Source: a virus. From it: DNA of 64,000 nucleotides. The position numbers were made by a program, and so were the translations under genes. Every line of letters begins with the position of its first letter. Positions within the stretch are counted from its first letter, which is position 1. The DNA is taken from IMG/VR virus record IMGVR_UViG_3300010151_000008, positions 1 through 64,000 of that record. One strand, 5' to 3'. The notes below the pieces were generated by a model that was not told the origin of the DNA, searched no databases, and saw only the letters and a program-made list of their open reading frames with translations. This document shows, piece by piece, positions 34,081 to 44,103 of this stretch.

Positions 34081-35397
34081 ATGGCCGACGACCCCACTAG
34101 AACATCAGCCGAGATAGCACAATCTCTAGCTTATTATGACCCTACTTCGGGCCCCCCGATTATTCCCCCCGATCCATCTTCTCCCGATGGTGAGATTCTT
34201 TATGGCGAACTGGGAGATGAGCGTAGAGAAAGTTATAATAACTACGCCATGGATCTCGATCAATATGATCGGCAGCTGGAACAGTACGAGGAATATTTAA
34301 CCTCTCAGCAAGATCCTGGTTCTGCTAATCCTGCGATGTCACCCGGGGCGATTACCGCCGCAGCCGGTGCGCTTGGTCTGCCCGACCCTCCAGGCCTCCC
34401 CAGTTCGGGCCCCCCCGCCCCCGGCGCGTCGTCCTTGGGGCCCGTGCAACAAAAACCAGCTGTAGATTTGGGAGACCCCCTTGAGGCCGAGTCATTTGAG
34501 AAGATGTCTTTGCCGGATCAGATTGCTTTTTCGGGTATTGGAGGTTCCAAGCGCCGCGGCGTAGACGTCCCCAAATTTATTAAGACGCCTGCAGAAAAAG
34601 TTTTAGACAATGGAAATGCTTTTATTGTTTTGGGGGTCGACCGAAGTGGTAATCCGTTTGAGGGCTATGGTGGACTGGGAAACACTCATTGTGCGGCGAT
34701 TGATATTGTTGCCGGCCGCATGGGCGCCCGCGCTAGAAGCAGAGATGATAGCAAACCTTTTCCGAAGCCGGTGTGGACCAACGTTGGTTTTATTGCCGAC
34801 GCTGCGCGCGTATATATTTCTCAAAAGTCAAATGTGGATGCATATTTTGGCCTGGCAGCCGGCACAGTAGGGAATACATCATATGAATCGCCTCGGTCCA
34901 CTGTCGCTCTCAAAGCCGACACTATTCGAATCATTGGCCGAGAAGGGATCAAGCTGGTGACCAATACGGATACTCAAAATTCTCAAGGCGGTGTTGTACA
35001 TGGCTCTCCCGGTATTGACTTGATAGCAAATAACAATGATGAGGACATGCAGCCGCTTGTGAAGGGTAACAATTTGATAGAGGCACTTAAAGAAATATTA
35101 AAACTAATTGACGATCTTCGCGACCTATTTAATAACTTTGTTAGCTATCAAAAAGATCTGAATCGAACGTTAATGACGCATAGCCACTATTCTCCATTTT
35201 ACGGAGCGGCTACGAGCCCGGATCCACAAGTGATTCGACAGGCTACCCAATTTTTGATCGATACTGTTAGAAACGTAGAACTGGGCGCCCAGAACCACAT
35301 GATGAATTCAGTTGGAATTTCAATGAATTATTTAGAACTTCCTCTGCCAGGAAAAGACAGCACTTACATAAATAGTACCAACAACCACACGAATTAA
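34081..35397 (+). CDS. Putative baseplate central spike / gp5 C-terminal-like protein
   Basis: Pro-rich N-terminus; beta-rich DAARVYISQK, ALKADTIRIIGREGIKLV; QPLVKGNNL; helix then THSH (HxH); position upstream of gp25/gp6. Confidence 0.6.
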   Translation: MADDPTRTSAEIAQSLAYYDPTSGPPIIPPDPSSPDGEILYGELGDERRESYNNYAMDLDQYDRQLEQYEEYLTSQQDPGSANPAMSPGAITAAAGALGLPDPPGLPSSGPPAPGASSLGPVQQKPAVDLGDPLEAESFEKMSLPDQIAFSGIGGSKRRGVDVPKFIKTPAEKVLDNGNAFIVLGVDRSGNPFEGYGGLGNTHCAAIDIVAGRMGARARSRDDSKPFPKPVWTNVGFIADAARVYISQKSNVDAYFGLAAGTVGNTSYESPRSTVALKADTIRIIGREGIKLVTNTDTQNSQGGVVHGSPGIDLIANNNDEDMQPLVKGNNLIEALKEILKLIDDLRDLFNNFVSYQKDLNRTLMTHSHYSPFYGAATSPDPQVIRQATQFLIDTVRNVELGAQNHMMNSVGISMNYLELPLPGKDSTYINSTNNHTN

Positions 35398-35401
35398 TAT
35401 T

Positions 35402-38400
35402 ATGGCACGCACACCCAAGATAATAAGCAAATGGACGAGCAAAGAAACTGGTGTTGCTTATACGCAGTTTAATAAATCAAAAGTAGCAGTACAGACACAG
35501 TATACCACAGCAGATGAAATTGAACAAAACACTGAGGCGATTCTTGAACTGGGCGCCCTTGCTCTTATGCGCTATTATTTCCCCGGCTCTTGGTATCAGG
35601 TAGCTGCAGGGGTCCAGGGTGACACATATGGAAGTCTACTTTTTAGTAATTTATTAGACAAGCTTACGGTCTCGGCTACCGATTTTAATAGCCGGCCTAA
35701 GATGGGGCTTCGTGTTTTGGTGGCGTGCTCTATTGATTTGACAGATGAGGAAGAGACTGCCGAGATAATTCCTCCCGAGAGTGGCCCGCCAGCTGATTTA
35801 GAGTTAGCATTGGATTATTATCTTTCTACTGGGTCGACTGATATCAAAAAAGTTTCGAGTACCGGCCGATCTATGACATTTTCAGCGGACACCCTCAACG
35901 AAAACCTGAAATTGATTGGCGCCGCTTTTACTAAATATCATAAACAACATCGTTTTTTTAATGGGCAGATTAAGCCTTCAATAAATTTTTTAAAGGAATT
36001 TGATCTTATATCAAGTTCAATTCATGCCATTCTGCGTCTGGCTGCCCAGAACTATATTGACACAGGTATTCACTCAGGTACAACATTTAAAGTTGATTTT
36101 AATGGTGATTATTCTATTGTAAATATAAAAGCCATAACTCCTGAAGGGCGCTACCTATCTCTTCCTGTGGGGTTGCTGCCGTCTTTGGGCGCCGCAGCGT
36201 TGTCTTCAAGACAAACTAATGTTTATCTGGCGTCTTTTAAAGATATATTAATCAAGTTAAGAACTCGGGGCCCGACTCAAGATTCTTATGCCAACTTTAT
36301 TAATTTTATAAAACAAGTATCCTCCCTCGGCCCGACTAAATACAAAATTAATTATTCGGGGCCGTCCCGAACCGCCGATGCCGGCGCTACCGCGGCTGCT
36401 ACCGCCACCCAAGGAACGGCAGCCGCAACCGGCACTGCTACTGGGGTGGATCCAGATGGCCCCCCAAACGCAGAACTTGGTCTGACTCCGGAGGAGAAAG
36501 AGAAACAAGAAAAGGTTATAACTCCCAAAGAGGCGGCAGAAATTCTCGAACAACAGATGAAAAAGGTCGACAAGGCCGCCCAAGAGGTCTCTAAAGAAGT
36601 TGGCAAGAAGTTGCGCGAGTTACAGGGTACCGAAGGTTTTCAAATATTCACGATGATCATCAATCGGATAGGGATTGATTCTCTTGTAAAGGAGGGGCTC
36701 CTTTGTATGCTCTTCGGAGTTGATTTTAGTATACCCGATCTTTATTCTGACATAAGAGATATGCTTTCCGCTGGCGATGGACTTTTTAGTAAGCCAAAGA
36801 CAGGCGCCCTTGTGGGCTTTGATATTCCTAAAGTGGACATGAAGTGGGAAATTTTTAAGATTACGGGAAACATTCAGCCGATGATCAAGAAGGCTCTTTT
36901 GGATGCCGTCTTCGGCGCAGTACGAGGGATCCTTGAAGCCGTTACAGAATTAATTCGCGAACAATGTGAAGCTCGCGATACCGGCAATTTTGGCGACATA
37001 GACCTTGCTAGCCTATTACAAGATAAGCCGGCCGGCGGTACTGGACTACTTGGTGATGGTTCTGGGCCTAATGGTTGTTTTTCTGAATTCGGCTTACCTC
37101 CAACGTCAGGGAACAATTTTCTTTCCCAGGTATCTCAAATCTTGACCCCGATCGAGGCATGCCAGCTTTTGACGGGGTCAGCCTCGGCCGCTGTTATGTC
37201 CGCGGTCCAAAATTTCATTCAAAATTATTCTAGCGCTACAATACAAAACGCTCTTGGGTCGCCCTCTGAAATAGCCGCCTTCTTTTTATGTATAGGGGAC
37301 CAACTCGATGTAAACGATCTTTGTCGGGAAGCTGCCGAGCGCGATATAATCCCCAACGCAGAGGAAATTTGTATTACAGGTGGGGACATTTTAGATGCTG
37401 TGGGTCAACATAATGTTAACACTCTTCTCGATATGCTTAAGGATGGCATCGCGGTGGAAATGCCAGAGATCAACTTACAGTGCCCCGACTCCGAGAACTA
37501 TATTCCCAACCCCTTTGTTGATCGATCGATCCCACAGTTAATGAGCGCTCTAATAGAGTCAATAGCCGCCAGCTTTTATTTCGCGGCCGACGGCACGAAG
37601 GCGGTTCTTTTGAGATCGCAGTTGGGACAGAATGCTACAGCAAATGCTTTGTTAGAGGCTTGCTTAAGCGAGTCAGGTTCAATGCCGGCCTCCGAGGCTC
37701 GCGGCGGAGCTGGCGCCACTCCCGGTGATATTATTGCTATGATCAGTGAGGGCATCCAGGAAGTAGTGTCAACAGACCTTAACGCTGCGTCCGATGCATG
37801 CGGTATCACCTTGGGAGAAATATTCCGAGGAACAGACGATCTAGCCGAGGTATTGGCAACATTTCAAGATGTCATAGAAAACTTTGATTTCTCGGCTTTG
37901 GGAGACATGTCCGCACAGTTGGGCTCGAACGCAAGCGATTTGGCCGCGGCGCAGTTGAGACTCGACTTTCCAGAGGGTTATAAAGAGGATTTCTTAGAAT
38001 TTATTCCTACGGCTATCAAGACTGAACTCTATAATGGCAACTATTTGTACAATTTCAACACAGCCTATCAATCTCCAGCTTTTCATGTAGAAGCGGAGGG
38101 ACCGCCATTCACGTATACGCTCGACGATGGAGACGACGACGGCGACGGCACCCCTAACTACGACGACCGCGACGAAGGCGGCACCGGCGAACCGCACGAG
38201 AACTACGATATGCACGCTCTGCAGAATGCTGCCGACGCCGCGCAGCACGCCGCCATGGCCCGGACTCGATACACGACCACCTTCGCACTCCCAGCTGAGG
38301 GATATCAGGCCAATGCAAATGCAGCTCAGATGCAAGAAGAGTTAGAAGCCATAGAGGAATGGGAATTCAATCATGGTAACTCTAATATGATAGGACAATC

Positions 38401-41400
38401 GAGGCACTTTGAAGAGTGGCTGAAGGGAAACCGGCAAGGTGACCTTTGGTGGGAGGAAGGCCAGCAGGACTGGTGGTCTCCCGAGGGCTATTCGTGGTAT
38501 CAGTGGTTTAAGCTTTGGGCCGAGCAAAGAATTGAGCGCGATGAGGAACAAGGGCCTGATTGGTGGATGCGGTCGACCTTAGCCCTCCCGGCTGATACGC
38601 GTGGCGCGCTCCCCGGGTTTGGCAATAAACAGCTATTAGGTCCGGGGTATGGGCCCGAAGATCCGCAGCCGGAGGTGGATGGCTACCAGCAAGGCTGGTG
38701 GGATATGTACCGTGCCCCAGAGCGCTGGGCCACAGCGACGCAAGCAGAAATACGCGCAGACGAGAGAGTGTGGAAAATATATCAAACGCTGTTCTCGCCA
38801 TGGCTCCGTGCCAATCCAGACGACTCCATTTTGGCCGGCGAATGGGACTACGGCGAGGTCTGGTGGATCGCAAATATTCCATTTGAGTATGTCCCCCGAC
38901 CTCCCGGCCCGGGTGGCGGTGGCCCTCAGCCAATTGCTCACATCGGGCGGTCTACGATGTTCGGTGCACCCGAAGGGATAGGTGGCCGCTCTGCCGGCTT
39001 CTCTGCTGGAACTGGAATAAAATTCCTGTTCCGGAAAGAATATGCGATTCAAAAGTATGAGAGCATTCATTTCCCGAGTTTTCAAGAAGTAACAGAAGAT
39101 AACCAGAATATATTTGTTGCCAGCGCCCCTGTGGCCTTTCGTGGAGAGATTCCTTTTATAGAGGGGCGTCAGGGACTGCAGACGACTACTGCAACAGAAT
39201 TGTATGCCGTGAACCAATCCGCGCACGGATCGGTAATTTCTCCAGATAGAATCGCAGAACGCGACGCCAATCCAGCGCGCGGCCTTTTTGCTGACATAAT
39301 CCACTCAGCATTCGCGAAAAATCTGCTAGAACACGGGAATAGTGACCTAGCCGCGGCCGCGAGGGTCACAGCCGCCGGCGGCGAATACACCTCCGGCATC
39401 TTGGCCGAATTCTATAACAACCTAGAACACCAATATTATTATGCAGCCATGGCCGGAACTATGAAGCAAATGAGTGCTTACATAGTGAAAAATGGTGCAT
39501 TTACACTTGATAGAGTACTTAAGATCCTGGTGGTTCCGGAGAGTGCTAACGATGCTACAGAACAGTTGGGAGATCTACTAGATTTCAAAAAGCTTGTTCG
39601 TGAAGTGCAGGATGAATATGTAGATGCTATTTGCTACGACGGTCTTAGTCAAGACGAGGTTTTGATTAATTCGCTTGTGTACGGAGCTATAGAACTATTT
39701 TTACAAGTGCATCTGGTTGAGTTTTATTTACAAAATGTGTTTGTTTTGTCGGCATTTGATTTAGACGGGCTGTACGAACTAGAATTGGTGATGGCATATA
39801 TTTCTTCCTCCATACAAAATACGATTGCTACTTTTTTGCAGGGGATAAGTGCCTCAGGGGCCCAGTATAATTTGTTTGAAACGAATTTTCAAGATGCGGT
39901 AGTGGAGCATGTTAGCAGAAAAATTATACGCGACGGCGGCGCTCCTATCGATGGTGAGATTCTGTCATCTTTGGGAATGTCAGAAGGCGATTTGGGAACC
40001 TACGAAGCTAGCATTAGATATCTTCTGGCTAAAAGGATGAAGGAATCCGCCCCAGCTGTATCTAAAATTATCTCCCAATGTTCACTTGGGTCTGTCGACG
40101 AAGTCTTCTTGAAGGCGGGAATTGGCATTTCTAAACCATTTTTGAAAGGCCTAGGAGCCGATTGGGGACTTAGTTCTACTAGTCGATATCTAGTAGCATC
40201 GCCAGGTGATCGGGATCTTGGGTTTACCGAGGAAGATGCTCAAATTATTGCCTATGGTGGATTTAGATTTGAGAAAATAATTAGATTCACACCGCATACA
40301 TCCGGATATTACGGAGGCTCTGAGGAAAATCCAGATGTACACCTAAGGGTGGACAAGGAGCTGGGAACCATTGCAGGGGGCAATTGGGTAGCTAACGACA
40401 CCTTTAAGATCGGCTCGGCCTATCACACCGATTCACCAATAACACAAAACTTTGTTTCATTGGACAAGCTAATTAGAGTTTTAGACGACCCCGCGGTTAC
40501 GGATAACATGACCATTCTGGGTAATCCAACGTTATATTATCGATTGGTATATTATGTTCCGATGCAAACTCGATCCGAGTATTCCGCCAACTCCTCCGGC
40601 GAAATAATTTTCGCGGACTCGGCAACTAAAAACCAAGAAATAATGGACACGATCGAGGCGTACTTCCTCGATGCTCGTGACGGAGATGACGCCATAGTGA
40701 GAGACACGCTCGATACCCTTATCAACGACCAAGCTTCATTTGTTCCGTTCTTGGTGGGCCCCGGCGGAGGGGACGCATCGATGTCGCACGCCGTCGCCGC
40801 GCCCGCATCGAGACAGAACATGACGATAGGAATTCCCATTTTAGAAGTTGAGTCGGGGGTAAATCTACCCAACAGTATGCGTCTTGATACTGATTCGAGC
40901 GCTCCCAAGCGGTACTGGGGCGCCCCCACAACGGGTGGATTATCGTTGATAAGGTCTTTGGCAGAAAAGGATTTCTTAGATGGAGATGTCGAGATCATCA
41001 TGAATGACGAGGTTGTGAAAGCACTGTTTAATAAGAGTCTGAGCAAAGATGTTATTCTGTCTACCCTCTTGTTTAATAATTTTTATCTAACAAAATCACA
41101 CTTTAGGGGAATCGATACGATCTTTAAGTCCTGCAAGGAATCGGTGGCCGCACTAATGATGCAAATACAGCAAGGCCGCGGCCTCCAGCCAGACGCTGGT
41201 GCAGCCGGCATCGCTCAAATACAGAATGCTTTAGCTAATCAAGGTCAGGGGGGAGGTAGTGACGATCCCAACGTGGCGGCCTATATCATAAAAGCTATAA
41301 TCCAAACTCCTTTTGATATCCTTAAGGGCTTAGCCGAGATAATGGATCCACATGTTGTTATAACCAAAATGATAAAAGATATAAGTGGTATGGTGATAAC

Positions 41401-41836
41401 ACAGTTTATTGAGGTTTTAGAGTCAGCATTTGGCGCCGTCCCGGGCCTAGCACAGCTTGACATTGATGTGGAGAAACTAGTAGAAGTTCTTTTCTGTACC
41501 ATGAATGAAGAAATAAAGAAGAACGGGCCCATGTCAAACGCCGCGGCAGAAATATCAGAGATGTTGTGTCAAGACATCAATCCGTGGCCCACCTTTACGA
41601 CAAAAGGAATCCAGTTTACTGGGACCATTCCCGGCATGTTTATGGCCCCTCCGGGCCCTCTGGGAATTTTCTATCTTATATATGGATTACTTAAAAACGA
41701 GATTGACAGAGGTATTGACGATGCCTTCGCCGCCCCAGCCGGCGAAACAGACGAATTCTGTATTGATGTAGAAGCTGTTGTCGAAGGCGAAGAAGATACT
41801 GGCTGCGTACCGTTCACTGCGCAGCGCGACGACTAA
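35402..41836 (+). CDS. 2144-aa virion protein of unknown function (baseplate-associated)
   Basis: Long uninterrupted ORF between spike-like and gp25-like genes; helical; hydrophobic C-terminus. Confidence 0.75.
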   Translation: MARTPKIISKWTSKETGVAYTQFNKSKVAVQTQYTTADEIEQNTEAILELGALALMRYYFPGSWYQVAAGVQGDTYGSLLFSNLLDKLTVSATDFNSRPKMGLRVLVACSIDLTDEEETAEIIPPESGPPADLELALDYYLSTGSTDIKKVSSTGRSMTFSADTLNENLKLIGAAFTKYHKQHRFFNGQIKPSINFLKEFDLISSSIHAILRLAAQNYIDTGIHSGTTFKVDFNGDYSIVNIKAITPEGRYLSLPVGLLPSLGAAALSSRQTNVYLASFKDILIKLRTRGPTQDSYANFINFIKQVSSLGPTKYKINYSGPSRTADAGATAAATATQGTAAATGTATGVDPDGPPNAELGLTPEEKEKQEKVITPKEAAEILEQQMKKVDKAAQEVSKEVGKKLRELQGTEGFQIFTMIINRIGIDSLVKEGLLCMLFGVDFSIPDLYSDIRDMLSAGDGLFSKPKTGALVGFDIPKVDMKWEIFKITGNIQPMIKKALLDAVFGAVRGILEAVTELIREQCEARDTGNFGDIDLASLLQDKPAGGTGLLGDGSGPNGCFSEFGLPPTSGNNFLSQVSQILTPIEACQLLTGSASAAVMSAVQNFIQNYSSATIQNALGSPSEIAAFFLCIGDQLDVNDLCREAAERDIIPNAEEICITGGDILDAVGQHNVNTLLDMLKDGIAVEMPEINLQCPDSENYIPNPFVDRSIPQLMSALIESIAASFYFAADGTKAVLLRSQLGQNATANALLEACLSESGSMPASEARGGAGATPGDIIAMISEGIQEVVSTDLNAASDACGITLGEIFRGTDDLAEVLATFQDVIENFDFSALGDMSAQLGSNASDLAAAQLRLDFPEGYKEDFLEFIPTAIKTELYNGNYLYNFNTAYQSPAFHVEAEGPPFTYTLDDGDDDGDGTPNYDDRDEGGTGEPHENYDMHALQNAADAAQHAAMARTRYTTTFALPAEGYQANANAAQMQEELEAIEEWEFNHGNSNMIGQSRHFEEWLKGNRQGDLWWEEGQQDWWSPEGYSWYQWFKLWAEQRIERDEEQGPDWWMRSTLALPADTRGALPGFGNKQLLGPGYGPEDPQPEVDGYQQGWWDMYRAPERWATATQAEIRADERVWKIYQTLFSPWLRANPDDSILAGEWDYGEVWWIANIPFEYVPRPPGPGGGGPQPIAHIGRSTMFGAPEGIGGRSAGFSAGTGIKFLFRKEYAIQKYESIHFPSFQEVTEDNQNIFVASAPVAFRGEIPFIEGRQGLQTTTATELYAVNQSAHGSVISPDRIAERDANPARGLFADIIHSAFAKNLLEHGNSDLAAAARVTAAGGEYTSGILAEFYNNLEHQYYYAAMAGTMKQMSAYIVKNGAFTLDRVLKILVVPESANDATEQLGDLLDFKKLVREVQDEYVDAICYDGLSQDEVLINSLVYGAIELFLQVHLVEFYLQNVFVLSAFDLDGLYELELVMAYISSSIQNTIATFLQGISASGAQYNLFETNFQDAVVEHVSRKIIRDGGAPIDGEILSSLGMSEGDLGTYEASIRYLLAKRMKESAPAVSKIISQCSLGSVDEVFLKAGIGISKPFLKGLGADWGLSSTSRYLVASPGDRDLGFTEEDAQIIAYGGFRFEKIIRFTPHTSGYYGGSEENPDVHLRVDKELGTIAGGNWVANDTFKIGSAYHTDSPITQNFVSLDKLIRVLDDPAVTDNMTILGNPTLYYRLVYYVPMQTRSEYSANSSGEIIFADSATKNQEIMDTIEAYFLDARDGDDAIVRDTLDTLINDQASFVPFLVGPGGGDASMSHAVAAPASRQNMTIGIPILEVESGVNLPNSMRLDTDSSAPKRYWGAPTTGGLSLIRSLAEKDFLDGDVEIIMNDEVVKALFNKSLSKDVILSTLLFNNFYLTKSHFRGIDTIFKSCKESVAALMMQIQQGRGLQPDAGAAGIAQIQNALANQGQGGGSDDPNVAAYIIKAIIQTPFDILKGLAEIMDPHVVITKMIKDISGMVITQFIEVLESAFGAVPGLAQLDIDVEKLVEVLFCTMNEEIKKNGPMSNAAAEISEMLCQDINPWPTFTTKGIQFTGTIPGMFMAPPGPLGIFYLIYGLLKNEIDRGIDDAFAAPAGETDEFCIDVEAVVEGEEDTGCVPFTAQRDD

Positions 41837-41887
41837 GATTCTGATGCCTAATGTTGTTTAAGTCTCTAATTATTAAGAGGGTATATA

Positions 41888-42283
41888 ATGGCTAATGGTT
41901 TATCGGTGGCTCTTCCGCTTCAACAGAGTCCTATTTTTGGTACGTACAGACTAAACACCACGTTTGCAGAGATCGCGCGACAAAACCTGAAGATGCTTTT
42001 GTTAACCAATCCGGGCGAGAGAATGATGGATCCGGAGTTTGGTGTTGGAATGCAGAGATACTTATTTGAAGCGAATACGAAGTTTGTATACTCAGAGATA
42101 CAAAGTAGAATTGAGCAGCAAGTTAAAAAGTATCTTCCATACATAGGAATAGATAAAATTGAGTTTTTAACATCCGCTTTGGAGTCAGCCGTTGATCCTC
42201 ACTATTTGGGAGTCAATGTTTCTTTTATAATACTGCCACTTAACATGAGTTCTCTGTTGCAGATTAATGCAAACGGAAACTAA
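41888..42283 (+). CDS. Baseplate wedge subunit, T4 gp25/GpW-like
   Basis: QNLKMLLLTNPGERMMDPEFGVG...YLFE...KKYLPYI. Confidence 0.9.
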   Translation: MANGLSVALPLQQSPIFGTYRLNTTFAEIARQNLKMLLLTNPGERMMDPEFGVGMQRYLFEANTKFVYSEIQSRIEQQVKKYLPYIGIDKIEFLTSALESAVDPHYLGVNVSFIILPLNMSSLLQINANGN

Positions 42284-42312
42284 TTATTGAAATTAATTAG
42301 GAATTTTAATAG

Positions 42313-44103
42313 ATGCCAAAAAAACTGCAACCGATTAACTACACAAGTAGAGACTTTGATAGTATCAGGCGTGACTTAGAAAATTACGCTAAGCGCTATT
42401 ATCCCGATTCGTATCGAGACTTTAATGAAGCCAGTTTTGGCTCTTTGATGTTGGACACCGTTTCCTATATAGGGGATATTCTTTCCTTTTATATAGATTA
42501 TCAGACCAATGAAAGCTTTTTAGACAGCGCTATAGAATATAGTAACATAGTACGTCTTGCGAGGCAACTCGGGTTTAAGTTAAACTCCAGCCCCTCGTCT
42601 TATGGGGTTCTGACTTTTTATATCAGCGTTCCGGCTTCCACCTCGGAAGACGGACCAGATTTGGCGTACGCACCCACTCTACAAGCCGGCTCTCAGTTTG
42701 GTTCGAGCGGCGGTGGCCTTTTCACCCTTCTTGAAGATATTACTTTTTCCAACCCCGCTAATCAGATGGTGGCCGGCGTGATAGTTAATGAAGCGCCCGC
42801 ATCTTATGTTATACGTGCCCAGGGGCGCGCGGTTTCTGGACGGCTAGCACGAGAAACCAAAATTGTTGGAACCTATGAGCGTTTTAGAAAAGTATTTCTT
42901 TCATCTGACCAGGTCGCAGAGATTATATCAGTAACTGATTCCGAGGGTCATGAGTACGTAGAGGTTAATAATCTCTCTCAGAACGTAGTTTATAAGGCAA
43001 TTCGGAATACTCAAGCGTTTAGTGATACGGTACCCTCCATACTGAAAGCGGTGCCGGTCGCCCGCCGATTTACAGTTGAGAGGAGCAAGCGCGCCACTTA
43101 CTTGCAGTTTGGGTACGGATCTGACTCAGAGCTGCTTGCGGAATCGATAGCTGATCCATCTAATGTGGTTTTAAAGCTTCATGGAAAAGATTATATTACT
43201 GAAGATGATTTTGATCCAACGAGATTAATAGAAAGTGATAAATTTGGAATTGCTCCGGCTGATACCACATTAACGATCTCCTACAGAGTTAATACAACTC
43301 GCGATGTTAATGCGGCGGTGGACACTGTTGTACAGGTCTTATCCCCGCAGATAAAATTTTCAAACCAGGGCGCCTTGAATTCCACTACCAGACGAGAGGT
43401 GGCTGCGAGCCTTGAGGTAACCAACGAAAACCTAATTACAGGGGATATATCTTTGCCATCCTCTGATGAAATCCGCCAACGGGTAATTTCTCATTATTCG
43501 GCACAAAACCGCGCGGTAACAGCACAGGATTATCAGGCTGTCATTTATGGCATGCCCGTCTATTTCGGATCTGTAAAACGGTGTTCTGTGGCGAGGGACT
43601 TTACGGAGTTTAAAAGAAACGTCAACATGTATGTTATTTCTGAAGATACAACGACCGGTCGACTTACCACTACCAACTCCATTATCAAAACCAACCTTAG
43701 TACGTGGTTGGCCCAATACAAAATGATAAATGATACACTTGATATATTAGATGCCATCATAGTCAACTTTGGCGTGGAGTATCGGCTAATATCAGACTAT
43801 GACTCAAATAAATATACAGTGCTAAAAAATGCCAATTCTGCCCTAACTGCACACTTTTCCAGAACTCGTGATATCGGTGAGCCGGTATATATTACAGATA
43901 TTTATAAGGTATTGAATGGCGTTAAAGGAGTAGTAGACGTGTTGGATGTTCAGATAGTTAGCAAAACGGGCGGCATTTATTCATCGACTGGATACGATTT
44001 CGAAGCAAAACTATCTAACGACGGTCGTTATATAGTTGGAGATCCGTCGGTTATATTTGAGTTGAAATACCCCAATGTAGATATTCAGGGATCAATCACA
44101 TAA
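42313..44103 (+). CDS. Baseplate wedge protein, T4 gp6-like
   Basis: INYTSRDFDSIR...DFNEASFG...D.LSFY.D...NESFLDSA; LQFGYG; QNRAVTAQDY. Confidence 0.9.
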   Translation: MPKKLQPINYTSRDFDSIRRDLENYAKRYYPDSYRDFNEASFGSLMLDTVSYIGDILSFYIDYQTNESFLDSAIEYSNIVRLARQLGFKLNSSPSSYGVLTFYISVPASTSEDGPDLAYAPTLQAGSQFGSSGGGLFTLLEDITFSNPANQMVAGVIVNEAPASYVIRAQGRAVSGRLARETKIVGTYERFRKVFLSSDQVAEIISVTDSEGHEYVEVNNLSQNVVYKAIRNTQAFSDTVPSILKAVPVARRFTVERSKRATYLQFGYGSDSELLAESIADPSNVVLKLHGKDYITEDDFDPTRLIESDKFGIAPADTTLTISYRVNTTRDVNAAVDTVVQVLSPQIKFSNQGALNSTTRREVAASLEVTNENLITGDISLPSSDEIRQRVISHYSAQNRAVTAQDYQAVIYGMPVYFGSVKRCSVARDFTEFKRNVNMYVISEDTTTGRLTTTNSIIKTNLSTWLAQYKMINDTLDILDAIIVNFGVEYRLISDYDSNKYTVLKNANSALTAHFSRTRDIGEPVYITDIYKVLNGVKGVVDVLDVQIVSKTGGIYSSTGYDFEAKLSNDGRYIVGDPSVIFELKYPNVDIQGSIT

